A stretch of DNA of 64,000 nucleotides, taken from positions 744,001 through 808,000 of the forward strand of contig NIVC01000089.1 of NCBI GenBank assembly GCA_002269645.1, read 5' to 3'. This stretch comes from Macrostomum lignano. Lineage: Eukaryota. Below are positions 36,081 through 48,832 of the stretch, piece after piece. A program made the position numbers and the translations under genes. Within the stretch, counting starts at the first letter, position 1. The number at the start of each line of letters is the position of its first letter. The notes beneath the pieces were generated by a model, which worked only from the letters and a program-made list of their open reading frames with translations, had not been told where the DNA came from and did no database searches.

Positions 36081-36540
36081 GTATTGCTTTTGTCAGCCTA
36101 ACTGAGAATAAAGCCACCCAAAATGAGAATCCTGCCTACGCTGACTGCGAAGGGCCTGGCTGCGTGCAGCCTTAGTCTATGGGCCATAGACAATAAAGGA
36201 CAAGCAAAGTGATAAAAAGCCATCCAATGTGAGAATCGATTGGTCTATGCGTTGTATTCTTTTATTTTTATACCTTCTGAGCTTCTGAGCCATATGACTA
36301 GCCAATCCTAGCTTATCCTTTATAGTCTATGGCTCATAGACTAGGCTGAACGCAGCTAGGCCCTTCGTATTCAGCGTAGGCAGGATTCTCACATTGGATG
36401 GCTTTTTATCACTTTGCTTATCCTTTATAGTCTATGGCCCATAGACTAAGGCTGCACGCAGCCAGGCCTTTCGCAGTTAGCGTAGGCAGGATTCTCACTT
36501 TGGATGGCTTTATTCTCAGTTAGGCTGACAAAACCAATAC
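36081..36540. mobile_element. ~460-bp foldback element with ~150-bp inverted arms
   Basis: GTATTGCTTTTGTCAGCCTAACTGAGAATAAAGCCA... pairs with ...TGGCTTTATTCTCAGTTAGGCTGACAAAACCAATAC; part of an arm is duplicated internally. Confidence 0.8.
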
Positions 36541-37021
36541 TTAATGCATACGAGTTTTTTTACTTATTGAAGTTGGCCATAGATTATTGCAGCGAGCGGG
36601 ATGCCGTGCGTTTCTCCCCGTTTCAACACGCCTAGGCTAACTATAATACACCTTTTCACGTTCAATTTTGATCAAAGTCCAGTTCTAAAAAAACTAGCGG
36701 AAATTCAATTCAGTCCATTTAGACTGGGGCCCAGTCTAACCCCAGTTCAAAACATTCTAACCGAAGTAAGGTTTAGCCATAGACAAAATTATCCTCAGTC
36801 TGAATTGAATTTCCGCTATTATGAATGAAAACATTATATAAGCCCATATTTGGAATTTGGCCCATAAACACTGAAAGAAACTGCGTCCCTATTTCTATCT
36901 CGCTGAGCAAAAAGATTAGCTGACTGACTACAGTTCTCTAGCTATTTCGTTGTGTTGTTTCTTAAACCTAAAAGACAGGCTTTAGGATCAAGCCTTCCCT
37001 CAAGCACGAAGCCTTGAATGA

Positions 37022-37330
37022 ATCAGCTCGGACCATGGAGGAAAGAATAGACTGGAGTGCTAATCTGAGCCAGTTATTTTTGTCTCGCTCGATCTTAACT
37101 TTTAACATCCGCTTCCCCCCGTTCTTTCCTATTGGCTCGTGACTGCCATAGACAAGTATTTTTCGTCTCGTTTTCGTTTTCGTTCCCCTCTGAAAGGCAT
37201 GTCCCAGCACAGTACGAGCTCGCATCAAAATATGCTTTCAGCCAATAAACAGGGGAAAAGGATGTTAAATATAAATAACAGGCTCAGATTAGCATTCCAT
37301 TCTATTCTTTCCTCCATGGCTCGGACCCAC
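37022..37330. mobile_element. Probable MITE with ~45-bp inverted repeats
   Basis: CCATGGAGGAAAGAATAGACTGGAGTGCTAATCTGAGCC versus GGCTCAGATTAGCATTCCATTCTATTCTTTCCTCCATGG. Confidence 0.6.
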
Positions 37331-37376
37331 CTCCTCCACTCCCTCTCTCTCTATCTTATCCACACCAGAGTGTGGG

Positions 37377-38170
37377 TTGCACAGAAACGTAGAGCCGTCA
37401 AGATTTGATGCGTTGGAGTCAGTGCACAGCTTAGTTGTGTTGTATGCTGCAGCACTCGGGCAGCTCAACCGCTTAGGCGCCTCCAACAAGGTGTCCCTAA
37501 GGTGGATCCCTGGGCACTTGGGCCACCCTGGCAACGAGCTGGCCGATCGCCTGGCCAAGGCTGGCTCGACCGGTTTTTTTTCTGGTCCCCTGCCCGTGGC
37601 CCACACCCCCATCGCCGTTGTCACTACTTGGATCAACCAGTGGGTGGCTTCTAAGCACAGGGAAGGTGGGCTAACGCCCCGACTGCCGGCGATCACGCGC
37701 GGCTTGCAGGGCCGCAGGGCCCTGCTTGGACTTAACCGCAGGGACATCAGGGCGGTGACCATGGCCCTCTCAGGTCATGGCTGCTTTGCCAGGCATCGTC
37801 ACCTCCAGGGAAAATCCGCAGTGAGGCATCTCCTTTCTGCCTCTCCGGTGTCGAGAATGTGGAGCACTTTATCTGTGAATGCCCGCTTTACTCAGGACAG
37901 GCTCACCTACCTCGGCCCAAACCCGGACCTCTCGACGTTTTCAGGCCCGAGAATCTCTGCTAGCTCGTCCGCTACCTAAGGGCTACCGGCGAGCGACTAT
38001 CCACCTCCTGGACTCTCCGGAGGGGGACCGCGCTGCGGACACCGGCACCACCGGATCTCCTGCGCGAACCGCAGCACCAGCTGCCCGTGGTCGCCAGGGG
38101 TTAGCGAAATGGGCCGAAACGCCTCCTCGCTGTTTCCAGACGCACGGAGCCCTTATAGCTAAGTCAAGTC
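37377..38170 (+). mobile_element. 5'-truncated non-LTR retrotransposon fragment (RNase H plus Cys/His C-terminus; LOA/Lian/I-group-like)
   Basis: [26 protein letters not shown] is a non-LTR RNase H motif, followed by [15 protein letters not shown] and a frameshifted [11 protein letters not shown] zinc-knuckle-like segment. Confidence 0.75.
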
Positions 38171-39311
38171 TAATGCTGCAGCACGGGTGCGATCCGTCGC
38201 TCCAGTTGTTGAAACGTGTCAAAGCGCATTCTACGAGTAAAGCGCTGAACAAAGTCGCCATCGTTGTCCATGAACGCTCTCTCATATAAACACGAGACCG
38301 GCGTAGTTCGTCGTCTACTTCCCACAATTGGAGCAGATCCATGATGCAAATGCTAGTTCTAGTTGGCTTTTACCCTGCTTTGAGGGTGGATTAAAATTTT
38401 TTTATATAAGAGCTTTGTCAAATTGGATTCAGCACCTCTGCTCCTCTGCTACATATTCTGTGCCTCTGCTACACAAAAATTGTCTATGGGCATCGATGTT
38501 TGATGAGTGGTAGAACAACAGTGCATTGTAAAATACATGTAGAGATAGCTTCGTAAAATTGGTCTCAGGACGCGAATGCGCCCGAACACGCCCTGGGCCA
38601 TAGACAGCAGCTTGGTAACGTAAAGCTGCATGCATCTGCGCACGACTTGGCATTGAGTAGAGAACTATATGTAATGGTCCAGCGAAGTCGAAGTCAAGCG
38701 GATTATCAAATTTCAAAAGATGCAAGCTTACAATGAGTCTGCGGAGCTCGGCAGCAACCGCACCGACATTTGCGCCCAGCCGATGGACAAAGCCGTTCAG
38801 AAAGTCCTATGGGTGCTGAACATCTACACCATGCTGACATTTCTGTACTGACAGTATTCTGTGCTGACATTTCTGCTGACATTTTTTATTGATCTGTCGC
38901 AATGTTAACCAGCTCACGACGCTCAGGTTCGCGCCGTGGCCAAGGTGCTGCGCAGAGCGAAGCCGTCTGACCTGCTGAATACCACGGAGAAGCAGGTGCA
39001 CATAGCCAAGCAGAATCACAGGAACAGTATGAGCACCTCCGCGGCTAGCTTCGGCCTGAGACAGCTGACAGGACTGAGCTCGCATCAGATTATACCGTGA
39101 TGAGGATTAGCGCTCGGAAATCTGGAGTTCGCAGTTTTCACTTCGCTCTGAGCTCGAAACTCTAAACAATATACATATATAAGGGTTAAATATTGAAGCA
39201 TAATATCGAATTCAAAAGTTTTTTTGAGCTTTCTCATCATTTCCATATTGCTAAGGGTATTACTGTAAAATGCTGTCATGCATATTTTCAAAGGTGTTCA
39301 AATCAGCACAT

Positions 39312-39520
39312 TTCAACACACACAGGGTGTCCATCTCAATACACACAGGGTGTCCATCTCAACACACACAGGGTGTCCAGCTCAATACACACACAGGGTG
39401 TCCATCTCAAAACACACAGGGTGTCCATCTCAATACACACAGGGTGTCCATCTCAATACACACACAGGGTGTCCATCTCAATACACACACAGGGTGTCCA
39501 GCTCAAACACACACATAGGG
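39312..39520. repeat. Minisatellite, 23-25-bp unit CACACAGGGTGTCCATCTCAATA
   Basis: About 8 copies. Confidence 0.92.
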
Positions 39521-40016
39521 AGTCCAACTAATCTAACTCAGCCTGATCTGATCAAGTTATCCGACAAGACACAAAAAGAAGTTTTCATAGAGAGTATAGA
39601 TTTTCAATTTGTCACGCAGGCCTGCTGCGTAGAGAATCTTGTTCTCCATCAAAATTTTAATCTTGTTTAGCAATCTATCTCGCCGAGTTGCGCGAACAGG
39701 ACAGGGCAAGCAGGTGTTAATTAGCAATCCTGGCTGCTTGAGCTTTGATCAATCATGTTTGCGTGCAACACTGCCAAAGCCTAAAAACTGAATAAATTTG
39801 ATCTGGGCGTGCCTGAATGGAAAAATTCAGCCGTTTATCAAACAGTTATCACCAAGGGTTATCTATTTCACCTGTTTACTAATTAGCCTTCCAACCATTA
39901 CCTGCTCATTAGTTGGAAGATGACGGATCACGATTTTAGGAAGCTGAGATTTCACTGCTTATAAAGCGGACTGCTCAGTGCGGTGTGCTCAAAGCTGTCG
40001 CTAGGCCGCCGAAGTC

Positions 40017-43000
40017 ATGGTCTCGGTTCGCATAGTGGACACCGAAGAGTGCCGGCCCAGCGTGAACGCCAGCGAGGTGCACGTTGGCATCGTGCCCTCC
40101 GTGCTGCGCTACGAGGCCTGGCTGATCTTCATCTTCTTGGCCCTGTTCGCGTTCGGATTGGCGAATTCGTTCAACTTGATGCGGCGCTACATCTATAAGG
40201 ACAATGTGAGCTCTTGGCTGTCCATCCGTTTGCGTGTGGGTCATAGAGGGGCTGATCACACCATTTCCGTGCGGGTCATAGAGGGGCTGATCACACCATT
40301 TCCGTGCGGGTCATTGAGGGGCTGATCACACCATTTCCGTGTGGGTCATTGAGGGGCTGATCACACCATTTCCGTGCGGGTCATTGAGGGGCTGATCACA
40401 CCATTTCCGTGCGGGTCATAGAGGGGCTGATCACACCATTTCCGTGCGGGTCATAGATGGGGCTGATCACACCATTTCCGTGCGGGTCAGAAAGGGGCTG
40501 ATCACACCATTTCCGTGCGGGTCATAGAGGGGCTGATCACACCATTTCCGTGCGGGTCATAGAGGGGCTGATCACACCATTTCCGTGTGGGTCATAGAGA
40601 GGCTGATCACACCATTTCCGTGTGGGTTATACGGACTGATCACATCATTTCCAAGTAGTTCACACGAGCTCGCACATGTTGTGCATTGATCTGTTTATTT
40701 CCGTATCGGTCACAGTTAAAACTGAATTTCCGCGCCGTTTCATGACCTGCTGATTTCCGTATGAGTCATAAGGTTGATCAATTCATTTCCAAAAATAATT
40801 TCATATAAAATGTTCTTTTTACTTCCTGATTTGAGCTACCAGTTGTTACCAGAGCATGAATTTCTCGAACACGGTGCTGAGCCGCCGCAGTCTGCGTTCA
40901 TTCGTAGCAGGAGATCACCGCGGCAGGCCCTGGCTGCAATCTGTGCCCCAGACTGTTCTTTGTTATCGGATGAACGCAGGCTGGGGCCGCAATCGACTGG
41001 CTTTGCCCCCATCGCCCACGAATTGCTGCACTGATCATCCACTGGGCCTTTCTACTCCAACTTGTACTCGGCAAGCTCCATCCCAATTGAGCATGTCTGT
41101 GACTTGGACATGACCCCAATGGATCATGTATAGGACTTGGACATGAACCTAATGGATCATGTATAGGACTTGGACATGAATCCAATTGAGCATGTCTGTG
41201 ACATGGACATGAACCCGATGGAGCATGTCTGTGACTTTGACATGAACTAGTTTCAGCATGTATCGGACTTCATCAGATGCAGAATTAAAAAACATTAAGA
41301 TAGCCAGGCTAAGCGCACATCCATGAGCAGAGTTGGCTGAACTTACAGGACGTTCTTGACGCCACATTCGACGCTGGAGGCAAGGTGAGCATCGGCCTGA
41401 CGGCTACCACCATCGTGTCGCAGTGGACCTGGGCCGCCACCCTGCTGCAGTCTTCCTCCATCGCTAGCAAGGTGAGAAAATACTTCTTGATTGGATTGGG
41501 AATCAGAGTAGGAGATTGGGGATCAGAGTAGGAGATTGGGGATCAGATAAGAGGATTGGGGATCAGATTAGAGGATTGGGGATCACAGTAGGAGATTGGG
41601 GATCAGATTAGAGGATTGGGGATCAGATTAGAGGATTAGGGATCAAATTAGAGGATTGGGGATCGGGGATCAGATTAGAGGATTGGGATCAGAGTATGGG
41701 ATTGGAGATCAGATTAGAGGATTGGGGATCAGCTTAGAGGATTGGGGATCGGGAATCAGATTAGAGGATTGGGATCAGAGTAAGAGATTGGGGATCAGAG
41801 ATGAGAATTATGTATTATAGGGGAGATGAGGGATAAGAGTAGAGACTTTCCAGAGTAAAGGAAGTGAGGCAGTTACTGGTAGGATGCTGAATGCTGAAAC
41901 TGCGTGAATTTTCAGTACGGCATCAGCGGCCCATTCTGGTACGCCGCTGGCGGCACCCTGCAAATTCTCCTGTTCGCCATCATCTCGGTGCAGCTGAAGA
42001 TTCGAGCCCCAGGCGCCAAGACCTTCCTGCAGCTGATCCAGGCCCGCTTCGACAAGTCGACCCACATTGTGTTCTGCGTGTTTGCCCTCATCACCAACAT
42101 CATCGTGACAGCGATGCTGATGCTGGGTAGGTTCGACCGCTGATCTGGGAATCTGGGTCACCAAGGTGACCGAGTTTTTATGCTCTTGATAATTCGGCAT
42201 TTCGGATGTTTTATTTCATCATTTATCCACAAATTCAATCATTTATCCGCAAATTCGATCATTTAACCTCAAATTCGATCATTTATCTACAAATCCAATC
42301 ATTTGTCCCCAAATTCGATGGTAATTTATCCTCAAATTCGATAATTTATCCTCAAATTCGATAATTTATCCTCAAATTCGATAATTTATCCTCAAATTCG
42401 ATAATTTATCCTCAAATTCGATAATTTATCCTCAAATTCGATAATTTATCATCAAATTCGATAATTTATCCTCAAATTCGATAATTTATCCTCAAATTCG
42501 ATAATTTATCCTCTAATTTGATAATTTATCCTCAAATTCGATAATTTATCCTGAAATTTGATAATTTATCCTCAAATTCGATAATTTATCCTCAAATTCG
42601 ATACTTTATCCTCAAATTCGATAATTTACATGTCCTCAAGTTTGTTTATTGATCCCAAATTTGTAAGCTTTGTTCTAAGCTCAATATTTTCCGAACACAG
42701 TATTATATTCCGAAATGTTATACTTAAATCGGTGAGCCAATGCTCTATCCAACATTTATTCGCGGCAAACCTTTTATCCCAAAATGAACCATTATTTAGA
42801 ATTCAAGATGGGAGTAGCATCCTCATAGCCACTAAACCCGGGTCCATAAAAAACACCTCCAGGCGGCACGGCCGTGATGACCAATCTCATCCAGGAGTTC
42901 TCCATCGAAGTCGGCACCATCATGACCTGCGGAGTGATCGCCTGCTACACCTTTATCGGCGGCCTGGGCGCCACCTTCTATGTCAGCTATTTCAACACGG

Positions 43001-46000
43001 CGATCATCTTCATCATCATGCTGATCTTCATCATGAAGATCTACTTCGATCCCAACGCTATGTCGGAGGAAAATCCTCTGGGTGTGTAAGGCGGCTGATG
43101 GCGGTATAATTATGAATTATATGGTTTTATTTGTTCTCTTCTATCGGCTCTGGCTATAGACTTTGAGTATCTAGCCTCACCGCTAGTCGTGGGACTGGAT
43201 GTTGTCGAAGGCTTGATGTCACTATAGTCTTTATCCGACTTCAGACAGGTGATAGAGTCTTTGTCTTGGGGTCGGTAAAGGCGAATCCTGAGCTCCAGGC
43301 CAGAGTTTCATACGTGTAGCCAAAATGAAATACAATATGGGAGCATCGACAGTTCTTGCTTGCATTCTCACTGATTTCAGGCAGCTCAGACATCGCCTAC
43401 GAGTACCTCCGCTGCGCCCTGGCTCCGGAGGGCAACTATAACGGTTCCTATTTGACCTTCTTGTCGCTAGGCGGCCTCATGTTCGGCATCATCAACATCG
43501 TCGGCCTATTCGGCACCGTGTTCGTCGACCAGTCCTACTGGCAGTCCAGCGTAGCCGCCAAGCCGAAGGAAGGCGTCTGGGGCTTCTTGTCCGGCGGCCT
43601 GGTCTGGTTCGCCGTGCCGTTCGGATTCGCCACCACCACCGGGCTGGCGTACATTTCGCTGAGCGCCAGACAGGGCACCCCGCTGCTCACGCCCAGTCAG
43701 GTGCGGTTTTGAGTAGCAATAGGGGGGAGACTGGGATGGATGCTGTGGGTAAAAACCCGAGTACAGGAGCGAGCTGCATCTGAATTTATCTGACTATCAA
43801 AAACGAAACGCGGTCACCTACCGGCTGCACGCAACCAGCTTCGTCCAGCTTCCCCGCCAGCTTCGTCCAGCTTCCAGTAGTCTGTCATGTGCGTCCTTGA
43901 CCACTCCTTTAAGTTCCTTGCAACGGTAGCTGAAGAACTTTCTGCATCGGCTCAGGGCAATAGGATCACGGGCGGCGTACGTGGTACTTTAGCTTCCTGC
44001 TGTGCATACATGTCCTTCGCATCCCGACTAAAAAAATCGTTTCCAACCATAAGAATAATAGTAATAACTAGCAATCAGCCTGTCCACTCCCGTTGAGCCA
44101 AAAAGACATAAAGTTTTGTGTAATAAATCATGTAAACCGCGCTCTCAGCTCTTACACCCCTGCAATCCAGGTTCTTGACATCGCTCAGCGCCTTCCCACC
44201 CACAACGCCATCGTAATTACATATCAACTCCCCCCTTGACATCTCAGCGATGCCCCCATAAGCCTTGAAATCTTATCTGTCTACTTTCTAACCCTAGCCT
44301 AACCCTAACCCTAGCCTAACCCTAACCCTAACCCTAACCTTAACCAATAACCCTAAAGCATTGAAATTTCAGTAATCCTCTCTAAGAGTCATTATAGCAC
44401 TACTACAGCATTATAGCGATTCCCTGCAAGCCTCGACCTCGTAGGGATTCCCAAATGAATCTATTAACTTCGACATGAAGCTTCTTTTATTTTTTACATT
44501 ACACGTTTTCTATCAGCGATTCCTCCGTGAGGAGCCAACAAATAATGTAATAAAAAGTTTTCAATAAACTACATGTAGCTTCTGACTTTAGCCTTGACAT
44601 CTCATTTATTCTCCCGTGAGCCTTGACATCTCAGCTATTCCCCCCGTAAGCCTTGACATGTTAGCGATGCCCCCATAAACCTTGAAATCTAAAAAATCCC
44701 CTGATAACCTTGAAACCCGATAAAATCTAACCCTCAACCCAAACCTGACCTAAACCTAACTTTAACCCAATCTAAAGCCTTGAAATCTCAGCAATTCTTC
44801 TCCCCTAAGCCTTGACATTTTAGTGATTCCTTCTTTAAGAATCACAGCACTATAACGATTCCCTCCAAGCCTCGATATCGTAGCAATTCCCAAATGAATC
44901 TTTTAACTTCGACATGACTTTTCTTTTATGTATACATTGATTTTTTACATGACGCTTCTATGATTTTTCACAACCATGAGGCCCCACACCCAAGACGTGG
45001 AGAGTGTAATGCTTTGCGCAATAAATCAAAATGAATACAGCCGCGCACGAAATCGAAGCAGGGGTCAGACTCTCGTACACACCTGTCAATCCAGGTGGAC
45101 GAAGGTCTGGTGCCACCGGTGATCGCTCAGCGCCTTCTTGGTCACTCCGGGGAGATCATGCTGGTGACGGCCATCGTGATGGCGATTACATCGACCGGCT
45201 CAGCCGAGGTGATGGCGGTCACCTCCATCTTGGTGTACGATATCTACGCCATCTACTGGAAACCCTACCGGTCCACCACCGATATGAATACCTGCATATT
45301 GTGCGGCAGGTGAGGTCAATTTGTTTAACATCCTTGATGTGTAATCGATCGAGTTAGGGACAATCGATTTGTAACTGGAGTTTTTAATCAAACATCCTTG
45401 ATGTGTTCCTGGCGTTATTTTTAATCCATTAGTACCCGAAGGGGTGTTAGCTTGTACTATTATTTGTTGATTGCGCAGCTACCACTTCATGTGGTATATT
45501 ACATACTTTTTCGAGTACACCAATTGTCTTAAACAACAAGTTAAGCTTGAGTTCCACTCCGACCTTCAAGTGTAGTTAAATCTCAGAATACCGACCTTTC
45601 TTGACTGCTTTCTTTGACGTTGGCCAGAATCGCGGAATGTTATTGGGTATTACAAATCTCAGAATACCGACCTTTCTTGACTGCTTTTCTTTGACGTTGG
45701 CCAGAATCGCGGAATGTTATTGGGTATTACTCCTCCAAAACGGGTACTACTGAAAAGGTTGCTACCCAAATTTGGTTATTAATTAGCTCGAAACGTCAAA
45801 AACCCTGACTAATAATCGAGTTTTGATATCCTTGGTGCGTGGTAACTAATCGGTTAACATCTTGAAGCACTGAAGTGTCCTTGAAGTGTAAGCGATTGAA
45901 TCTGCTATATGGAACTTGTTAAAGTCTGCTTCAGAAATCCCAGGTCGAGTTCGGGAATCCCTCTGTATCTAACTGATACACTTTATGCCTGTCATAATAA

Positions 46001-46895
46001 TAATTAATTGATAACACATGCAGTTATCAATTGGGCCAGATGTGCAACCGACAGCTCAGCCGCAGCTATTGCGCAGCGCATCTGAAGGCTGCGTACGGCT
46101 GTTCAGTCCAAGGACTGGGGGGGGGGGCTCTCCACACCCAATCTAATTACCCCAGCTAATGCTGGCACCCATTTTACAGCTGGGTGAACTGAAGCAATGC
46201 AGAGTCAAGTCTCTTGCTCAATGACACAGATTGTTTCAGTCGGATCGGGAATCGAACCCCCGACCTTCAAATAACCACTAGGCTACAACCCCTTCTATCA
46301 GTTATACTAATTAATATCTTATATCCTAAAAACAGGCAGCGAGGTCGACTGGCCAGCGTGCGAGACAAATGCCTCTGCGAAAGCATGACCTTCTGCCAGG
46401 ACTGCGAACGGGACACGCAGGAGAGAATACTGTGCAAGCGAGCCATTAAGTCATCCTATCAGTGCAAAATGCACGGCGCTTATCGCACCTACAAAGAGTA
46501 CTTGAACGTACTGAAAAACTGGGGCATCCTAATCACTATTGTGGCTATTATTCCGCTGACTCTCATCCTGAGCTACATGAGCATCTCGCTGGGCTGGCTG
46601 TTCCTGTTCATGGGGGTTCTCATCGGCTCGGCTGTGGTGCCGGTCACCCTCGCCCTGTTCTGGACCGGCCTCACCGGCTTCGGCATGACATTCGGCACTC
46701 TGTTCGGCACCATTGGCGGCCTGATCAGCTGGCTGGCCACGGCCTCAACGGGCGGAGGCGGGCAACTTCATCAAGAACAGCGGCGAGAAATCCCGATGCT
46801 GGTTGGCAACGTGTTTCCATGGTTATGGGATTGTTTCATCAGCAGTCTGGTGCATCGCCGACTCAGAAGACCAGCCAGAGAAAAGTTCAATTAAG
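40017..46895 (+). CDS. DUR3: DUR3-like urea/solute symporter (sodium:solute symporter family); 3' end frameshifted or incomplete
   Basis: Phase-compatible exons 40017-40205, 41349-41471, 41916-42126, 42863-43081, 43381-43700, 45095-45309, 46336-~46895. Motifs: [111 protein letters not shown]. Confidence 0.88.
40236..40640. repeat. Minisatellite, 35-bp unit GGGTCATAGAGGGGCTGATCACACCATTTCCGTGC; DUR3 intron 1
   Basis: About 11 copies. Confidence 0.95.
41492..41806. repeat. Minisatellite, ~20-bp unit GGGGATCAGATTAGAGGATT; DUR3 intron 2
   Basis: Tandem copies starting ~20 nt after the donor. Confidence 0.92.
42232..42628. repeat. Minisatellite, 20-bp unit TCCTCAAATTCGATAATTTA; DUR3 intron 3
   Basis: Homogeneous core at ~42325-42625. 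Confidence 0.95.
44222..44945. repeat. Second copy of the telomere-repeat-containing element; in DUR3 intron 5
   Basis: Direct near-identity to ~4685-5430, including CCCTAACCCTAGCCTAACCCTAACCC. Confidence 0.8.
45578..45730. repeat. Two-copy tandem duplication of ~76 bp; DUR3 intron 6
   Basis: 45578-45653 and 45654-45730 differ only by a 1-bp indel. Confidence 0.9.
46029..46291 (-). mobile_element. SINE family B copy (deletion in tRNA head)
   Basis: Matches 61933-62191 over most of its length. Confidence 0.75.
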
Positions 46896-46944
46896 GTGAG
46901 ACGTAGAAATAACTTTAAGTGTTTTTTGGGGGGGTAAGTAAACG

Positions 46945-48058
46945 TTTGCTTGTTGAAGTCTGCTTGTTGAAGTCTGTTTGTTGAAGTCTGCTTGTTGAGG
47001 TCTGCTTGTTGAAGTCTGCTTGTTGAAGTCTGCTTGTTGAAGTCTGCTTGTTGAAGTCTGCAGTCTGCTTGTTGAAGTCTGCTTGTTAAAGTCTGCTTGT
47101 TGAGGTCTGCTTGTTGAAGTCTGCTTGTTGAAGTCTGTTTGTTGAAGTCTGCTTGTTGAAGTCTGCTTGTTGAAGTCTGCTTGTTGAAGTCTGCTTGTTG
47201 AAGTCTGCTTGTTGAAGTCTGTTTGTTGAAGTCTGCTTGTTGAAGTCTGCTTGTTGAAGTCTGCTTGTTGAAGTCTGCTTGTTGAAGTCTGCTTGTTGAA
47301 GTCTGCTTGTTGAAGTCTGCTTGTTGAAGTCTGCTTGTTGAAGTCTGCTTGTTGAAGTCTGCTTGTTGAAGTCTGCTTGTTGAAGTCTGCTTGTTGAAGT
47401 CTGCTTGTTGAAGTCTGCTTGTTGAAGTCTGCTTGTTGAAGTCTGCTTGTTGAAGTCTGCTGGTTGAAGTCTGCTTGTTGAAGTCTGCTTGTTGAAGTCT
47501 GCTTGTTGAAGTCTGTTTGTTGAAGTCTGCTTGTTGAAGTCTGCTTGTTGAAGTCTGCTTGTTGAAGTCTGCTTGTTGAAGTCTGCTTGTTGAAGTCTGC
47601 TTGTTGAAGTCTGCTTGTTGAAGTCTGCTTGTTGAATTCTGTTTGTTGAAGTCTGCTTGTTGAAGTCTGTTTGTTGAAGTCTGCTTGTTGAAGTCTGCTT
47701 GTTGAAGTCTGCTTGTTGAAGTCTGCTTGTTGAAGTCTGCTTGTTGAAGTCTGCTTGTTGAAGTCTGTTTGTTGAAGTCTGCTTGTTGAAGTCTGCTTGT
47801 TGAAGTCTGCTTGTTGAAGTCTGCTTGTTGAAGTCTGCTTGTTGAAGTCTGTTTGTTGAAGTCTGCTTGTTGAAGTCTGTTTGTTGAAGTCTGTTTATTG
47901 AAGTCTGCTTGTTGAAGTCTGCTTGTTGAAGTCTGTTTGTTGAAGTCTGCTTGTTGAAGTCTGTTTGTTGAAGTCTGCTTGTTGAAGTCTGCTTGCCGAA
48001 GTCTGCTTGCCGAAGTCTGCTTGCCGAAGTCTGCTTGCCGAAGTATGCTTGTTGAAGT
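46945..48058. repeat. Minisatellite, 14-bp unit AAGTCTGCTTGTTG, after the DUR3 donor at 46896
   Basis: About 79 highly homogeneous copies. Confidence 0.97.
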
Positions 48059-48832
48059 ACCTTGCATTATGCTATATCTTGCTAAACCTGTACAAGTTCC
48101 GCTACACTCAGCATTTTAAGCAATGAATCTTCATACCGAGGGGAATGGTAGAAATCCAGCAAGCGGTTCCTTTGCTCAAGATCTTTTGCGACGCCGCAAA
48201 ATTGCAAGAGCCATTCACCGACGTTGTCACTGAGCCCAAGTTGATGACAGTAGACAGTGTTTTTATTAATTCACAAAACTCGATGTGAAAGAGAGAATCG
48301 TTTTGTACTTTTCTATCTAGCTATAGCCCGATCCTTGCCTGGGCTTGTTACAATTTTTTCACTTTTTTAACTACCCCAAAGAATGAACATTTTTGCGCAC
48401 CGGAAATGTCAAGCACTCTACAAGCACAAATGAAACTCTCAGCCTAGAAATTTTGTATTGCTTTGTATTTTTTTATTTGCAATGAACACCTTCAGCACCA
48501 CTAGTACAGGCATCTCCGGAAAGAAAAGCACTCGTAATTTTGAAGTGCACTTCTTTACTGCGGATAAAATAGGAATTATTAGTTCTCTGTCGTCAATCAC
48601 AACGCGCCACGAGTATGAATTGTTTTTGTTCAACAAAATTGAAAATTCCTGTAAACACTGCGTTGGTTTGATCAAGATTAAATACGCTCTCTTTAAAGGA
48701 AAGATTAATGCGTTTCAGTAGTTTCTGAATAGACATACAAGCATGCAGATGCATCATCAAAGATATTAGAAATTGACATATCCATATTTATTAATTACAT
48801 GCATAGGAAGATCAATGACTTCAGCGGATCGC

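Noticed and set aside
40236-40640. 35-bp repeat array with CRISPR-like unit length
   Set aside because: Units are directly adjacent with no unique spacers, there are no cas genes, and the context is a eukaryotic intron; the same applies to all other arrays.
33489-46895. Bacterial or fungal contamination as the source of GT32 and DUR3
   Set aside because: Both have spliceosomal introns, and they sit among or contain the same host SINEs and repeats as the rest of the window.
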